Assembly: GCA_964517565.1 (NCBI GenBank)
Contig: CAZFEG010000001.1
Span: 1-57,512 of the forward strand
Reading direction: 5' to 3'
Length of the DNA: 57,512 nucleotides
Source: an uncultured Methanosarcinales archaeon
GTDB lineage: Archaea > Nanobdellota > Nanobdellia > Woesearchaeales > SKGA01
Below are positions 1 through 10,069 of this stretch, piece by piece (within the stretch, counting starts at the first letter, position 1; the number at the start of each line of letters is the position of its first letter). The notes below the pieces were generated by a model. The model was not told where the DNA came from. It did not search any database and saw only the letters and a program-made list of their open reading frames with translations. A program made the position numbers and the translations under genes.

Positions 1-514
1 TTTCATCAACTGCTCCAAATTTTTTATCAATTAAATCATTATAATCTGAAATACTTGAATTATCACTTCTCTTAAATATAACACTACCAAATGATGTGGT
101 TTTTGTTCCATTATAGAGATACTGCATTGTTGCAATTTGGCTAACATTGTGTCTTACTTCTAAATCAACATATATGGCTGGATTCACAAGAACGAAATCA
201 ACTTCCCCATTTTCAACCATCTCATTTACTTCTTCAAAATCCATCGGTACTATAACAAAAGTATAATCCAACAAATTATTATTAAGATATGTCTCTGTGT
301 CACTCCATCTACTCAATACTTCTGTTGTACCTTGATTCGCAAGAATACCAATTTTGACAACTGTTGGGTCGCTTTCTTCAATCCCGTAATCATGGTAGTA
401 CTCGGAAACTACTTCTTCTTCTCTAATAGTAATAAGGAATACCATTCCTGCTACAAAAATACTGAAAAATAAACTATATACAATCAGTTCTTTAAAAGTC
501 AGTTTTTTCTTCAT
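1..514 (-). CDS. Membrane-anchored sensor protein with an N-terminal PhnD/phosphonate-binding-like solute-binding domain; C-terminal part cut off by the window edge
   Basis: ATG at 512..514 (minus strand) sits behind a GGAGG RBS, and the ORF runs off the window. It has one N-terminal TM helix (LIVYSLFFSIFVAGMVFLI). This is followed by a periplasmic-binding-protein-like segment (VKIGILANQGTTEVLSRW...GEVDFVLVNPAIYV) typical of the sensory domains of kinases and cyclases. It lies next to two response-regulator genes. Confidence 0.7.
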   Translation of the reverse strand, partial: MKKKLTFKELIVYSLFFSIFVAGMVFLITIREEEVVSEYYHDYGIEESDPTVVKIGILANQGTTEVLSRWSDTETYLNNNLLDYTFVIVPMDFEEVNEMVENGEVDFVLVNPAIYVDLEVRHNVSQIATMQYLYNGTKTTSFGSVIFKRSDNSSISDYNDLIDKKFGAVDE

Positions 515-588
515 AGTATACCTCCATAATTAGTCTTCTTATTCTATTATAACATGTAAAAAGAATATGATAAAAAAATAAAAACAAT

Positions 589-625
589 AAAATAAAAGGT
601 TGCTATCAAAATTTGATAACAACCT
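589..625 (-). terminator. Intrinsic terminator after the OmpR-type regulator gene
   Basis: On the gene strand: aggttgttatcaa-att-ttgatagcaacct followed by ttttatttt. This is a 12-13 bp stem with one G-U pair. Confidence 0.75.
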
Positions 626-630
626 CTATA

Positions 631-1349
631 TTATTCGATTCCATTTTGACTTAGAAGCATATCAACTACTTCTTTTCCCAATCGATACCCAAATGCATAA
701 ACAGTTTCTATGACTTCTGGATTTTTTGGATCTACTTCGATTTTATTTCTTAATCTTTTTACATGTACATTTATCGTATTATCCACTGATTCCTCATATT
801 GTTCTCCCCAAACAACTAAGTACAATTGTTTCTAGAGAAGGCTCTCTCAGGATTATCCAGTAGCATCTTTATAATATCAAATTCCTTATTTGTAAGTTCG
901 AGTTCTATATTGTCTCTTTTTACTTTTCTAGATAGAAAATCTATATCTAAATGTTTAAATTTAAATGTTTTACTGCGTTCGTTTTCTTTTTCCCTATCTT
1001 CTAATATAATCTTAATACTTTCAACAATCTCATCTGGTTTTAGTGACTTCTCAATAAAATCACTTGCTCCAACCCCAATAAGTTTTACTCTAGATTTTAC
1101 ATCTGCATGAACAGTATTTATTATCACAGGTACATCAGATTTTTTACGTAGAATTTGTAAAAAAGCATATCCGTTCATTTTTGGTAAATCTAGATCCAAA
1201 ATTATTGCGGAATAATCATGTTTATTAATTTCTAGCAACCCATCCTCGGCGTTAAAACAACAGTCTACAATGTAGTCATTATTTTGAAGTTTACGCTCAA
1301 TTGTTTTACTAACGATTTTATTGTCTTCTACTAGTAAAATTCTTTTCAT
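631..1349 (-). pseudogene. OmpR/PhoB-family response regulator interrupted by a single-base frameshift
   Basis: ORF 816..1385 gives the REC domain and the start of the winged helix (...LTNKEFDIIKMLLDNPERAFSR). ORF 631..825 gives the rest in another frame (LYLVVWGEQYEESVDNTINVHVKRLRNKIE...YAFGYRL). The junction is at the 3-nt homopolymer 829..831. The likely start is MKRILLVEDN (ATG 1347..1349) behind an AAAGGGG RBS. Confidence 0.85.
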
Positions 1350-1520
1350 AATGTAGCCCCTTTGAATACTATATTTTACACACAAGACTATTATATCAAA
1401 TACATCCGCTTTCTACAAGATTGTTAATGAACATTGTCATTAATTTTGATTATATATACAAAATTGTTTTTTATGTCATAAAAAAGAACCAAATTTTTAT
1501 TTGGCTCTTTTGTTGTTTGT

Positions 1521-2285
1521 CTATAATTGATCCATATATTTATGCAATTCTTCTCGTAGCAGGTCATAATTATTAAGTAGTGGCTCTTCTAGAAGTAATA
1601 CATCACTTATTTTGTTTTCTGCGGATAGGTCTAAAATTTGTTGAGTAAGTTTTAGTATTTTTGGAGCATTCAAATAGATAAATGAACCTTTCATATAATG
1701 AAGCGCTTTATATATTAATGCACAATCTTTCGCAAAGAATGCATCGTTTATGTTTTTAAGGTCTTTTTGTTTTTCAGCATAAAATGTATTTATAATTTCT
1801 TTACGTAGAAAATCATCTTCATAAAATAATTCAAATCCGTTTTTATTAAATATTTCCAACTCTTTATCAATCTCTTTTGTATCATTAATGCTACTGCCAA
1901 AATACTCATTCAATAGTTTTTCTAGATTTTCTTTACGAATAGGTTTAGGTAAAACACCATTCATTCCACACTCAGCTATTTTGTTTTGTGTTTCTTCAAC
2001 ATCATTAGCTGTAACTGCAATAATTGGAACGTCTCCATTCGGACCATCTAGTTCTCGAATGTGTCTGCTTGTTTCATATCCATCCATACCCGGCATAAAA
2101 ATATCCATAAAAATCATATCAAAAATTTCTTTTTTTACTAATTCAATTGCTTCAACCCCGTCTTTGGCTTCAGTAACATCTAAATACATTCTCTTAAGTA
2201 ATTCTCCCATTACTCTTCGGTTAATATTATTGTCATCAACGAGTAGTATTTTCTGTTTACTCAGTGATTTATATTTCTCATCCAT
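1521..2285 (-). CDS. Stand-alone receiver (REC) - histidine phosphotransfer (Hpt) fusion protein
   Basis: N-terminal receiver motifs are present (KILLVDDNNINRRV, DMIFMDIFMPGMDG, PIIAVTAN, LPKP). The C-terminal helical region carries the Hpt HxxKGS motif (ALHYMKGSFIYL). An AGGAGG RBS lies upstream. Confidence 0.85.
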   Translation of the reverse strand: MDEKYKSLSKQKILLVDDNNINRRVMGELLKRMYLDVTEAKDGVEAIELVKKEIFDMIFMDIFMPGMDGYETSRHIRELDGPNGDVPIIAVTANDVEETQNKIAECGMNGVLPKPIRKENLEKLLNEYFGSSINDTKEIDKELEIFNKNGFELFYEDDFLRKEIINTFYAEKQKDLKNINDAFFAKDCALIYKALHYMKGSFIYLNAPKILKLTQQILDLSAENKISDVLLLEEPLLNNYDLLREELHKYMDQL

Positions 2286-2680
2286 ATAAATCCTCCTATC
2301 AGTTCCTAGGCGCTATTTACCCCTTATTATTATGCTTCTTAATACTGATTATTCGCTAGTCCATCCTCAATATACAATGTTTACTATTTTAGTCTAATCA
2401 ATATTATTATTTTAATCAACACTTAGGATGTTTTGTTAATATTTATTTAAGATTTAATTAAGATTTGTGATTGCGATTGTTATTTCACGAAGTAAAACCG
2501 CTCAATTTACTACTTCAATTTTTAATGGAAGTATTTCTTTTACTTAGATAGCAATCTCGAAAATCGGGTAATTTCTCTACCATTTTCTCTTGCACTAATC
2601 ACCAATATCTTTGAAGTGGGAGTTATCCTAAACTTATTAGATAAAGTAAACATAAAGATTATCAAATATGGATTTATAAC

Positions 2681-2710
2681 AAAAAACAAAACCTCTCGGT
2701 TTTGTTTTTT
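2681..2710 (-). terminator. Intrinsic (bidirectional) terminator after the 663-aa lipoprotein gene
   Basis: aaaaaacaaaacc-tctc-ggttttgtttttt forms a 13-bp stem flanked by A and T runs, 5 nt after the stop codon. Confidence 0.9.
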
Positions 2711-2715
2711 AACAT

Positions 2716-4707
2716 TTATTCTGATTTATTAATTTCAAACTCTGTAATTTTAACAATGTAACTTGCTCCGGTAGCTGTAACTGTATAATCCGCAAAGACT
2801 TTTATAGTATATTCTGAATCTGGGTTTAAATCATCAATAAATAGTACTGTCCCATCATTCGTAAATCTAATAAGTCCGATGTAATTCGTTCCAGACCATA
2901 GTTCTGCAGAATATATGATGTTAGATTCAAATCCTTCTTCATTCCATTCCGCACTACAAGTTGTTTGAGTTCCTGTAGATGAACAATCTATACTAGTAAG
3001 TATTGGTCTTGGTGCAGCTAGCGTATTAAAATCTAATAGCTCAAGTTCTACATATACTGTATCACTTTCACCTGTTGGAATGTAAGAATACTCAACAACA
3101 AGCTTATAATTTGTGTCTTGAGTTAACCAATCAAACATTATTTCATTATTGCCAACTAATAATCCTGATATATTTGCTTGGTGACCATCAATATCATAAA
3201 CATAAGCTGTCATTGAAACGATTTCTGATTGCGCATCCTCGACATCTATGACCACATTAATATATTCTTTGCCTATTTCATAACTAGTTAATCCAAAATA
3301 ATTATCTTGTACACTAGAGTCTACAACATTAATAGTTCTAGTAACATTAAAAGGTACTCCATCTATAGTCGCACTATAAGTAATTGTATAGGTTCCTACT
3401 ATATTAGGATACAATGACTGCGTAATAACTGCATTAGGATATCCAATTACACTTGCTCCTGGATCAACAAATGGAGTGTTTATTTCTACTTCTACAATAC
3501 TATCTCCATTTAGAACCATATAAGGAGCAAAAACAATATCTGATACTGGCAACGTACTAAATTCTTCCGTATAATCTCCTATAGAAACAAAATTACCATC
3601 ACTCAAATAAAATCCATCTAATATAAAATGATATGTTGTTTCAGCTAATAATCCTTCAAATGTTATTGTAGTTGTTCCGTGAGAATAAACGAACCCAGAA
3701 ACTCTCTCACTTCCAAGATAAAGTGATGCAAGTGGGTTTGTAATTCTCTCTGTTGCATCATCAACAGTAACCGAAATAGTAAGACTATAAGCTTCTGCAT
3801 CAACCAATTCTATTACTACTCCAAAATCAACTTCACCTGGCACATCATCTGGATCATCATTTGGGTCTACATCAACTGCATCAACAATGACAGTTCTATG
3901 TGCATAAATTGAAGCTAAATTAAAGACAATTATATATCTAACAGTGTATGTTCCTGCTATTGCTGTATCTACATCTGATTCAATCGTTATTTCTAATTCC
4001 TGTTGCTCTCCAATGATAGTAACGCCTTGTTCTATATATTCGTCACCAACATTAAGATGCAATTCTTCTTCACCAACAAGTTCTAGTCTTGGATAATCCT
4101 TAGGGTCAGTTAACGTTGTTTTAGCCCCAATTGTATAGTCGTCTAGCGTGTATACTAGCTCATTATCAGTATAAGAACCAATAAATTCTAAACGATAATA
4201 TGTTTGGTTAGCCAGTTCATCAAACTCTAAATATGTCATTCCATTAGCTACAGGAAAGGATTTGATTTTTTCATCAAGATAATACAATATTCCTTCACCA
4301 TCAATTAAATCCCCATCTTGATCATCTATTTCGATTAAGAAAGTAAGTGCATTAGGATCTATAGACTCTACAGACAAGTTTATATTAAAGTCTTTTTCAG
4401 TTTCTGGTACAACTCTAATTTTTCTACCTATTCTAATTTCTTTACCATTATAATCAACACTATAGTCGATAAAATATATACCATATGTTGTAATATCTAG
4501 ATTAGAATCAGTAGTTATTTCAAGATCAAAATCTCCAACTAGTTCTACCCCTGGATCAACGTATTCTTCGTTTAATCCAATAGTCACATCTATCTCACCA
4601 TTAAGCTCTAAAGCAGGTAAATAATCTTTTAAGATTTCTGGTAACTGATCACAACCTGATAAAAATAAAACCAATATTGCCACAATTCCAATAATTACTT
4701 TTTTCAT
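2716..4707 (-). CDS. Modular surface lipoprotein (663 aa) with repeated Ig-like (DUF5011-type) and beta-sandwich units
   Basis: The signal peptide has lipobox LSGC. Three Ig-like modules are present (EEYVDPGVEL..., GDEYIEQGVTI...GTYTVRY, TPFVDPGASV...GTYTITY). They alternate with units ending in NQTYYRLEFIGSY, ETTYHFILDGFY, DTNYKLVVEYSY and DSEYTIKVFADY. A GGAGGG RBS lies upstream. Confidence 0.85.
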   Translation of the reverse strand: MKKVIIGIVAILVLFLSGCDQLPEILKDYLPALELNGEIDVTIGLNEEYVDPGVELVGDFDLEITTDSNLDITTYGIYFIDYSVDYNGKEIRIGRKIRVVPETEKDFNINLSVESIDPNALTFLIEIDDQDGDLIDGEGILYYLDEKIKSFPVANGMTYLEFDELANQTYYRLEFIGSYTDNELVYTLDDYTIGAKTTLTDPKDYPRLELVGEEELHLNVGDEYIEQGVTIIGEQQELEITIESDVDTAIAGTYTVRYIIVFNLASIYAHRTVIVDAVDVDPNDDPDDVPGEVDFGVVIELVDAEAYSLTISVTVDDATERITNPLASLYLGSERVSGFVYSHGTTTITFEGLLAETTYHFILDGFYLSDGNFVSIGDYTEEFSTLPVSDIVFAPYMVLNGDSIVEVEINTPFVDPGASVIGYPNAVITQSLYPNIVGTYTITYSATIDGVPFNVTRTINVVDSSVQDNYFGLTSYEIGKEYINVVIDVEDAQSEIVSMTAYVYDIDGHQANISGLLVGNNEIMFDWLTQDTNYKLVVEYSYIPTGESDTVYVELELLDFNTLAAPRPILTSIDCSSTGTQTTCSAEWNEEGFESNIIYSAELWSGTNYIGLIRFTNDGTVLFIDDLNPDSEYTIKVFADYTVTATGASYIVKITEFEINKSE

Positions 4708-4882
4708 TAAAAAACCCTCCTATTTTCCATTTTGGAAGGTTTCACTCTCTTGAAAGGATTTTGTTCAAGCAATTGATTATATCCCCTAGTAACCTTCCAT
4801 ACACTAACTTAATTTTATCATAATATTTTACTTGTCGCAATATTATTCTAACGATTAGGTTTTAGTTCCGCTTTTCAATAAA

Positions 4883-4913
4883 GAAAAACACCACCTGTAT
4901 CAACAGATGATGT
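4883..4913 (-). terminator. Intrinsic terminator after the ABC exporter operon
   Basis: On the gene strand: acatcatctgt-tgat-acaggtggtgt followed by ttttt. This is an 11-bp stem including two G-U pairs. Confidence 0.8.
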
Positions 4914-4946
4914 CTCTTCAATCACTTTTCAAACTATGTAAGTTTA

Positions 4947-6785
4947 CTATTCTAATGTTTTATTAAACTGTGCATTGTATAGGTTAAAGTAGAACCCTTC
5001 TTTTGCTAGTAACTCACTGTGTGAACCGGTTTCAATAATGTCTCCGTCATTCATAACTAAAATATGATTCGCATTTTTTATCGTTGATAAACGATGAGCA
5101 ATGACAAAGTTAGTACGGCCCTTCATTAGTTTAAGCATTGCGTTTTGAATGTAACTTTCAGTTCTTGTGTCAACGCTTGATGTTGCTTCATCTAAAATTA
5201 GGATACGTGGATTAGCAAGCAACGCACGAGCAATCGTAATTAATTGTTTTTGACCTTGTGAAATATTATTTGCTTCCTCGTTTATAATTGTTTGATATCC
5301 ATCTTTTAGCGTTCTAATAAAGTGGTCTACATTTGCAATTGATGCTGCATTATATACGTCTTCATCAGATGCTTCTAATTTACCATAACGGATATTATCC
5401 ATAATTGTTCCTTTAAATAACCAAGTATCTTGTAGTACCATTCCGAATGCTTGACGAACATCACTTCTTGATGCATCGTAAATAGATTTACCATCAATTC
5501 TAATGTCTCCTGATTGAGCATCATAAAAACGAAGTAATAGATTTACTAGTGTCGTTTTACCAGCACCCGTTGGACCAACAATCGCAATTGTTTCTCCTTC
5601 TTTAACATCAACACTGAAATCTGTGATCAAGTTTTGTCCTTCTTTATATGAAAAAGCGATATGATCGATAGTAACATGTCCAACTACATCATTAAATATA
5701 TTTGAGTCTTCTTGTCTGCTTTCTTCTTCTTCATCAAGTAATTCAAATACACGTTCTGCGGCAGCTACTGTTGATTGGATTAGGTTTGAAACACTTGCAA
5801 CGTTACTAATTGGTTGTGAGAATAGTCTAATATATTGTATAAATGATTGAATATTCCCGATTTCAATTGCTCCATTGATAAATAATATTGCTCCAACAAC
5901 ACTTATTAATACATAGATAATGTTGTTTACAAGGTTTATGATTGGCATAATAATACCACTCATAAATGCTGCACGCCATGCTGCATGTTTTAGTTCTTTA
6001 TTAATACCTGTAAAAGTTTCTATTGAACCTTCTTCTTTTCCAAAAGCTTTTATGATTTGGTGTCCCGAATACATTTCTTCGATATGTCCATTTAAATCTC
6101 CAAGCGTTTTTTGTTGTGCCTTGAAGTATTTTTGGCTTCGTTTTACAATTGGTTTTATTAAGAAGAATGATAATGGCAACGTGATAAGTGCAACCAAAGT
6201 CATTGTTACAGAAATTGTAAGCATCATGTAAAGTACACCAATAATCATTACAATCGCAGTAACCAAGTTATTCAATCCTTGTTGCATTGTAGAACCAACT
6301 GTATCTACATCATTTGTCACACGACTTAGTAATTCACCATGAGTTTTACTATCATAGTATTTTAATGGTAATTTTCTAAGTTTTTCTTTGATATCTTTAC
6401 GCATTCTAAATACTGTGTTTTGTGTTACTCCAACCATAACAAAGTTTTGGATATAAGCAAATAATGCACTTAGCACATATAAGACAGAAAGATATGTAAG
6501 TAAATCATTTATAGGAGCAAAATCTACTCCTTGTGGAGAGAAAAATCCTTTGTATATTTCTGTAGTAATATCCCCAAGTACACGTGGTGATATTATTGTA
6601 AATACCATTGAAGCAATCGAGAAGATAACAACAATAATTATTTTTGGTAAATCTGGTCTTAAGTAATTGATTAAGCGTTTTAATGTCCCTTTAAAGTTCT
6701 TTGCTTTTTGAACAGACATCGCCATTCCCATAGGTCCACCATGAGGTCTAGAACCACGGTTTTGTTGTTTTTTATCGTTACTCAT
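4947..6785 (-). CDS. ABC exporter permease/ATPase fusion, consensus-site partner of a heterodimeric multidrug-type exporter
   Basis: A six-TM domain is followed by an NBD with Walker A GPTGAGKTT, Walker B ILILDEATSSVD and an atypical signature ISQGQKQ. The start is taken at MSNDKK, whose ATG overlaps the upstream stop (ATGAGTAA), rather than the longer ORF-track start. Confidence 0.9.
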   Translation of the reverse strand: MSNDKKQQNRGSRPHGGPMGMAMSVQKAKNFKGTLKRLINYLRPDLPKIIIVVIFSIASMVFTIISPRVLGDITTEIYKGFFSPQGVDFAPINDLLTYLSVLYVLSALFAYIQNFVMVGVTQNTVFRMRKDIKEKLRKLPLKYYDSKTHGELLSRVTNDVDTVGSTMQQGLNNLVTAIVMIIGVLYMMLTISVTMTLVALITLPLSFFLIKPIVKRSQKYFKAQQKTLGDLNGHIEEMYSGHQIIKAFGKEEGSIETFTGINKELKHAAWRAAFMSGIIMPIINLVNNIIYVLISVVGAILFINGAIEIGNIQSFIQYIRLFSQPISNVASVSNLIQSTVAAAERVFELLDEEEESRQEDSNIFNDVVGHVTIDHIAFSYKEGQNLITDFSVDVKEGETIAIVGPTGAGKTTLVNLLLRFYDAQSGDIRIDGKSIYDASRSDVRQAFGMVLQDTWLFKGTIMDNIRYGKLEASDEDVYNAASIANVDHFIRTLKDGYQTIINEEANNISQGQKQLITIARALLANPRILILDEATSSVDTRTESYIQNAMLKLMKGRTNFVIAHRLSTIKNANHILVMNDGDIIETGSHSELLAKEGFYFNLYNAQFNKTLE

Positions 6786-8514
6786 GATCCATCTCCTCCT
6801 CTGTAATTTGACTGGATACAATTTCTTTGTATACGTCACATGATTGTAATAAGGATTTGTGTGTTCCTATTCCAACTATCTTACCTTCATCAAGAACAAT
6901 AATTTGATCAGCATTACTAATTGTTGAAATTCTTTGAGCAACGATAAAAATAGTTGATTCTTTGATATGAGGGTGAAGTGCTTTTCGAAGTTCAAAATCA
7001 GTTGTGAAATCTAATGCTGAAAATGAATCATCAAAAATATATATTTTCGGGCGTTTAACAATAGCTCTTGCAATTGATAAACGTTGTTTTTGTCCACCAG
7101 AAAGGTTTGTACCTGATTGAGAAACTACTCTGTCTAACCCACCATCTTTTTCAGAAACAAATTCTTCTGCTTGCGCGATTTTTATCGCATCCATGATTTC
7201 ATCATCTGTGGCATCTTCTTTTCCTAGATTCAAGTTATCACGAATAGACCCGCTAAACAGTGTCGCTGATTGAGGGATATATCCAATATGAGAACGCAAG
7301 CTTCTTTGCGTAATATCCTTGATATTTACATCATCAAGCAAGATTTCTCCAGATGTTAAATCATAGAATCTTGGGATTAGGTTTATCAATGTTGATTTCC
7401 CAGATCCTGTTCCTCCAACAATTGCAGTAATATTACCTGGTTTTGCAGTAAATGATACTTCACTTAATACAGGCATTTCTGCACCAGGATATTTAAACAT
7501 AACATTTTTAAATGTGATAGCTCCAGTTGTTTCTGTTTGTTCTATAGCATCTTCTTTATCTTGAATAGTTTGTTCCTCATTAAGGACTTGGAAAATTCTT
7601 CTATAAGATGCTTGAGCACGAGGAAACATAACAAAGATCATTGACGCCATTACTAAACTAAACATAATTTGCATTGCGTATTGCAAGAAAGCAAATATAG
7701 ATCCTATTTGCAAAGTTCCCTCATCCACTTTGATTGCTCCAAAATACACAATAGCAAGTGATGTAAAGTTCATAATAATCATCATTACTGGCATAATAGA
7801 TGTCATAATTCGATTCACGCGTTTAGCAATAGTAATATGATTTAGATTTGCTTCACTGAAACGCTCTTTTTCACGTTTAAATCTATTGAAAGCACGAACC
7901 ACGCGAACTCCAATCAAGTTTTCACGAAATACAAGGTTAACTGCATCTAAGCGCTCTTGAAGTTTTTTAAATAGAGGTAGCGCTACAAAAGCGACAACTA
8001 TTATTGTAAACACTAATACTGGTATCGAATACCAAAAGATAAAAGATAACTCAGTACTTTGCATACGAGCCTTAAGAATTCCACCAATTAGCATTAGCGG
8101 TGCCATTACCATTAGACGTAACATCGTATACGTAAAATTTTGAACTTGAATAATATCATTTGTGTTTCTTGTAATAAGTGTAGATGCACCAAATTTATTA
8201 TATTCTTGAGATGAAAAGTTTGAAACTTTTTGAAATACCCAAAAACGTAATTTAGTACCCACACTTACAGCTATTTTTGCAGCAAAGAATGATGCAAAAA
8301 TACTTGCAACGATGCTTGCTAATGAGATTAACAGCATCAGTCCACCTTTTCCATAAATATATGGCAAGTCTTTATTGAAGATACCAATATCAATAATATC
8401 AGCAGTGTATGATGGTAATTCTAATTGAGAATATACTTGTGCTGATACAAGTAAAATAATCAAGAGAACGGTAAATCGTTCTCTTGTAGTTAATAATTTA
8501 TAAGCCTTTTTCAT
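6778..8514 (-). CDS. ABC exporter permease/ATPase fusion, degenerate-site partner of a heterodimeric multidrug-type exporter
   Basis: A TM domain is followed by an NBD with Walker A GGTGSGKST, signature LSGGQKQR and Walker B IYIFDDSFSALD (Asp where the catalytic Glu normally sits). The start overlaps the MarR stop (ATGA). Confidence 0.9.
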   Translation of the reverse strand: MKKAYKLLTTRERFTVLLIILLVSAQVYSQLELPSYTADIIDIGIFNKDLPYIYGKGGLMLLISLASIVASIFASFFAAKIAVSVGTKLRFWVFQKVSNFSSQEYNKFGASTLITRNTNDIIQVQNFTYTMLRLMVMAPLMLIGGILKARMQSTELSFIFWYSIPVLVFTIIVVAFVALPLFKKLQERLDAVNLVFRENLIGVRVVRAFNRFKREKERFSEANLNHITIAKRVNRIMTSIMPVMMIIMNFTSLAIVYFGAIKVDEGTLQIGSIFAFLQYAMQIMFSLVMASMIFVMFPRAQASYRRIFQVLNEEQTIQDKEDAIEQTETTGAITFKNVMFKYPGAEMPVLSEVSFTAKPGNITAIVGGTGSGKSTLINLIPRFYDLTSGEILLDDVNIKDITQRSLRSHIGYIPQSATLFSGSIRDNLNLGKEDATDDEIMDAIKIAQAEEFVSEKDGGLDRVVSQSGTNLSGGQKQRLSIARAIVKRPKIYIFDDSFSALDFTTDFELRKALHPHIKESTIFIVAQRISTISNADQIIVLDEGKIVGIGTHKSLLQSCDVYKEIVSSQITEEEMDHE

Positions 8515-8957
8515 TTTTCTTCTCCTAACTCTTGAAAGTATTTAATAATATCATCGAGAATTGAAATAAAGTCCTTACTTTTTTCTTCTCCAAGATAATT
8601 CGATAATTCGATGAACCTTTCTGTAATAATTCGAAAAGATTCCTCTAAAACTTTTTTTCCTGTTTTTGAAATTTCAATTAACGTTACCCTTCCATCTAGT
8701 GGATCATTCACACGAGAAATATATTCTTTTTTCTCAAGTGCATTAACTGTTTGAGAGATTGTTGGATGGCTTACATTCAACATCGTCTTTAATGTCTTTA
8801 CATTAATGCTTACACCTTTTTTATGTTTCATCATTGAAGTAATGCGCATAATTCTTGTCTCCAATTCTGTTAAAGAAGGTAGAGTATATGAATGCTTTTT
8901 TAGTTTTGTCAACTCATGAAGTTGATTCCAAATAATAATTCCATTATGTTCTTTCAT
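8511..8957 (-). CDS. MarR-family transcriptional regulator (first gene of the ABC exporter operon)
   Basis: A winged-HTH segment is present: VSHPTISQTVNALEKKEYISRVNDPLDGRVTLIEISKTGKKVL. A GAGGTGA RBS lies upstream. Confidence 0.85.
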   Translation of the reverse strand: MKEHNGIIIWNQLHELTKLKKHSYTLPSLTELETRIMRITSMMKHKKGVSINVKTLKTMLNVSHPTISQTVNALEKKEYISRVNDPLDGRVTLIEISKTGKKVLEESFRIITERFIELSNYLGEEKSKDFISILDDIIKYFQELGEEK

Positions 8958-9142
8958 ATGTCACCTCATTTTCTATTTAGGTAAGTTCGTTACATATTTT
9001 ATAATATTCTCATTATAAATGCAACTATAATGAATTAAATCTTTTTATATTCCATTTGCTCCAATAAAAAAGACATATCCAAAATCGCAATATATCTCAT
9101 TAATTCCACTTCTGTTAATGTCTTTTTTAATTATTAAGAAAT

Positions 9143-9889
9143 TTACTTGTCGGTATGTGGATGACCTACCATTGTAGATTGAGGTCTCTTTCGAACTCCA
9201 CTAGGATGGCCCATTCCAGACGTTGGCATCATATCTTTCATATTCCTAGTTTCAAAAACAACATCGAATATCTTGTTAAAGCTATCAATGATTTGATCCT
9301 TTGCATTTTCAATATTGATGTCTTTAACAAAGTCTTGTAATTTCCCAACTTTATAGCCTTTTGGCCAACAATCTTTGATAAATTTATAGTTTGATATATC
9401 CGTTGTTACATCAACTGATAATCCTTGATATGCAACGCCTTTTCTTTCTTTAATACCTATAAAACATATTTTTGTGTTATTAACAAATACACCAGGATAA
9501 CCATTGACTTGAGAAGGAGTTAGGTTGTATTTGCTCACAGTATCATTAATTACTGCTTCAAGTATACTCAGATATTCATCACTTCTAATATTGAAATTTT
9601 TTAGTTTCAAAATAGGATATACCACTATTTGTCCTGGTCCGTTATATGTAATCCCTCCACAACGATCAGTTTTAGATAATTCTATTCCTTGATTTGTGAT
9701 TTCTTCTTCACTTATAAGTAAATCTGTTGTATCAAAGTCTACTCCTGTTGTAAAAACCGGTGTATGTTCCAACACTAATAAAACGCCATCATACTTACCT
9801 GCATTTACCGCAGCAAACATTTGATGTTGCAACATTGCTGCTTCTTTAAAAGAAAGTTGTTTCTCAATTTTCACTACTTTACAATTCAT
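9143..9889 (-). CDS. lipB: Octanoyltransferase (lipoyl(octanoyl) transferase) LipB
   Basis: The protein aligns by eye to LipB hallmarks: VLEHTPVFTTG, TDRCGGITYNGPGQIVVY, PGVFVNNTKICFIGIK and FIKDCWPKGY (candidate catalytic Lys and Cys present). The start is taken at MNCKVV behind an AAGGGTGAG RBS. There is a C-terminal His/Pro/Gly-rich tail. Confidence 0.88.
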   Translation of the reverse strand: MNCKVVKIEKQLSFKEAAMLQHQMFAAVNAGKYDGVLLVLEHTPVFTTGVDFDTTDLLISEEEITNQGIELSKTDRCGGITYNGPGQIVVYPILKLKNFNIRSDEYLSILEAVINDTVSKYNLTPSQVNGYPGVFVNNTKICFIGIKERKGVAYQGLSVDVTTDISNYKFIKDCWPKGYKVGKLQDFVKDINIENAKDQIIDSFNKIFDVVFETRNMKDMMPTSGMGHPSGVRKRPQSTMVGHPHTDK

Positions 9890-9931
9890 AAACTCACCCT
9901 TTTCCATTATTTTTATAAATCTACATTTTCA

Positions 9932-9960
9932 ATTATACAATAACCAACAAAAACTATCAA
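9932..9960 (-). promoter_or_regulatory. SigA-type promoter of lipB (TTGATA-17-TATAAT)
   Basis: On the gene strand TTGATA, a 17-nt spacer and TATAAT lie about 45 nt upstream of the lipB start. Confidence 0.6.
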
Positions 9961-10069
9961 TAGTGTAAAATATTGGTTATCTACACTACTTAGAATTACG
10001 TTAAAATCAAACAATCAATACTGGATATAATACATTATATATGTTTTTTGCTCATTTATTCACTTACTT

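Noticed and set aside
826-1110. Many 60-133-aa ORFs in the track lie antisense inside larger genes. Examples are 826..1110, 1888..2289, 5920..6231, 9155..9340, 10677..10886, 11472..11726, 11880..12065, 14070..14330, 14715..14930, 16615..16833, 18654..18914, 20066..20278, 21063..21248, 22103..22285, 22313..22504, 22458..22775, 23397..23579 and 24943..25323, plus their mirror twins.
   Set aside because: Each is fully embedded opposite a gene with strong family motifs. Their translations are low-complexity (Ser/Ile/Leu/Phe-rich), as expected from the reverse strand of AT-rich coding DNA, and none has a convincing RBS.
6786-6839. Longer N-terminal extensions are offered by the ORF track for several genes:
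- MTYTKKLYPV... for the second ABC gene
- MVNTSKNYLM... for the OppD-like gene at 20356
- MQSKQIESKE... for the MFS gene at 12280
- MEKGEF for lipB
- MEAK for ridA
- MIA for the methyltransferase
- MREI for the TetR gene
- MCVKYSIQRGYI for the OmpR-type gene
   Set aside because: The extensions overlap the upstream gene or lack an RBS. An internal ATG a few codons downstream has a good Shine-Dalgarno sequence or the classic ATGA/TAATG stop-start overlap, and it yields family-typical N-termini.
9143-9277. LipB has an unusual ~45-aa C-terminal His/Pro/Gly/Met-rich tail (MMPTSGMGHPSGVRKRPQSTMVGHPHTDK).
   Set aside because: It is a low-complexity tail with no recognisable motif. It could be a disordered extension or a metal-binding curiosity, but there is nothing testable from the sequence alone and no sign of a frameshift or fusion.
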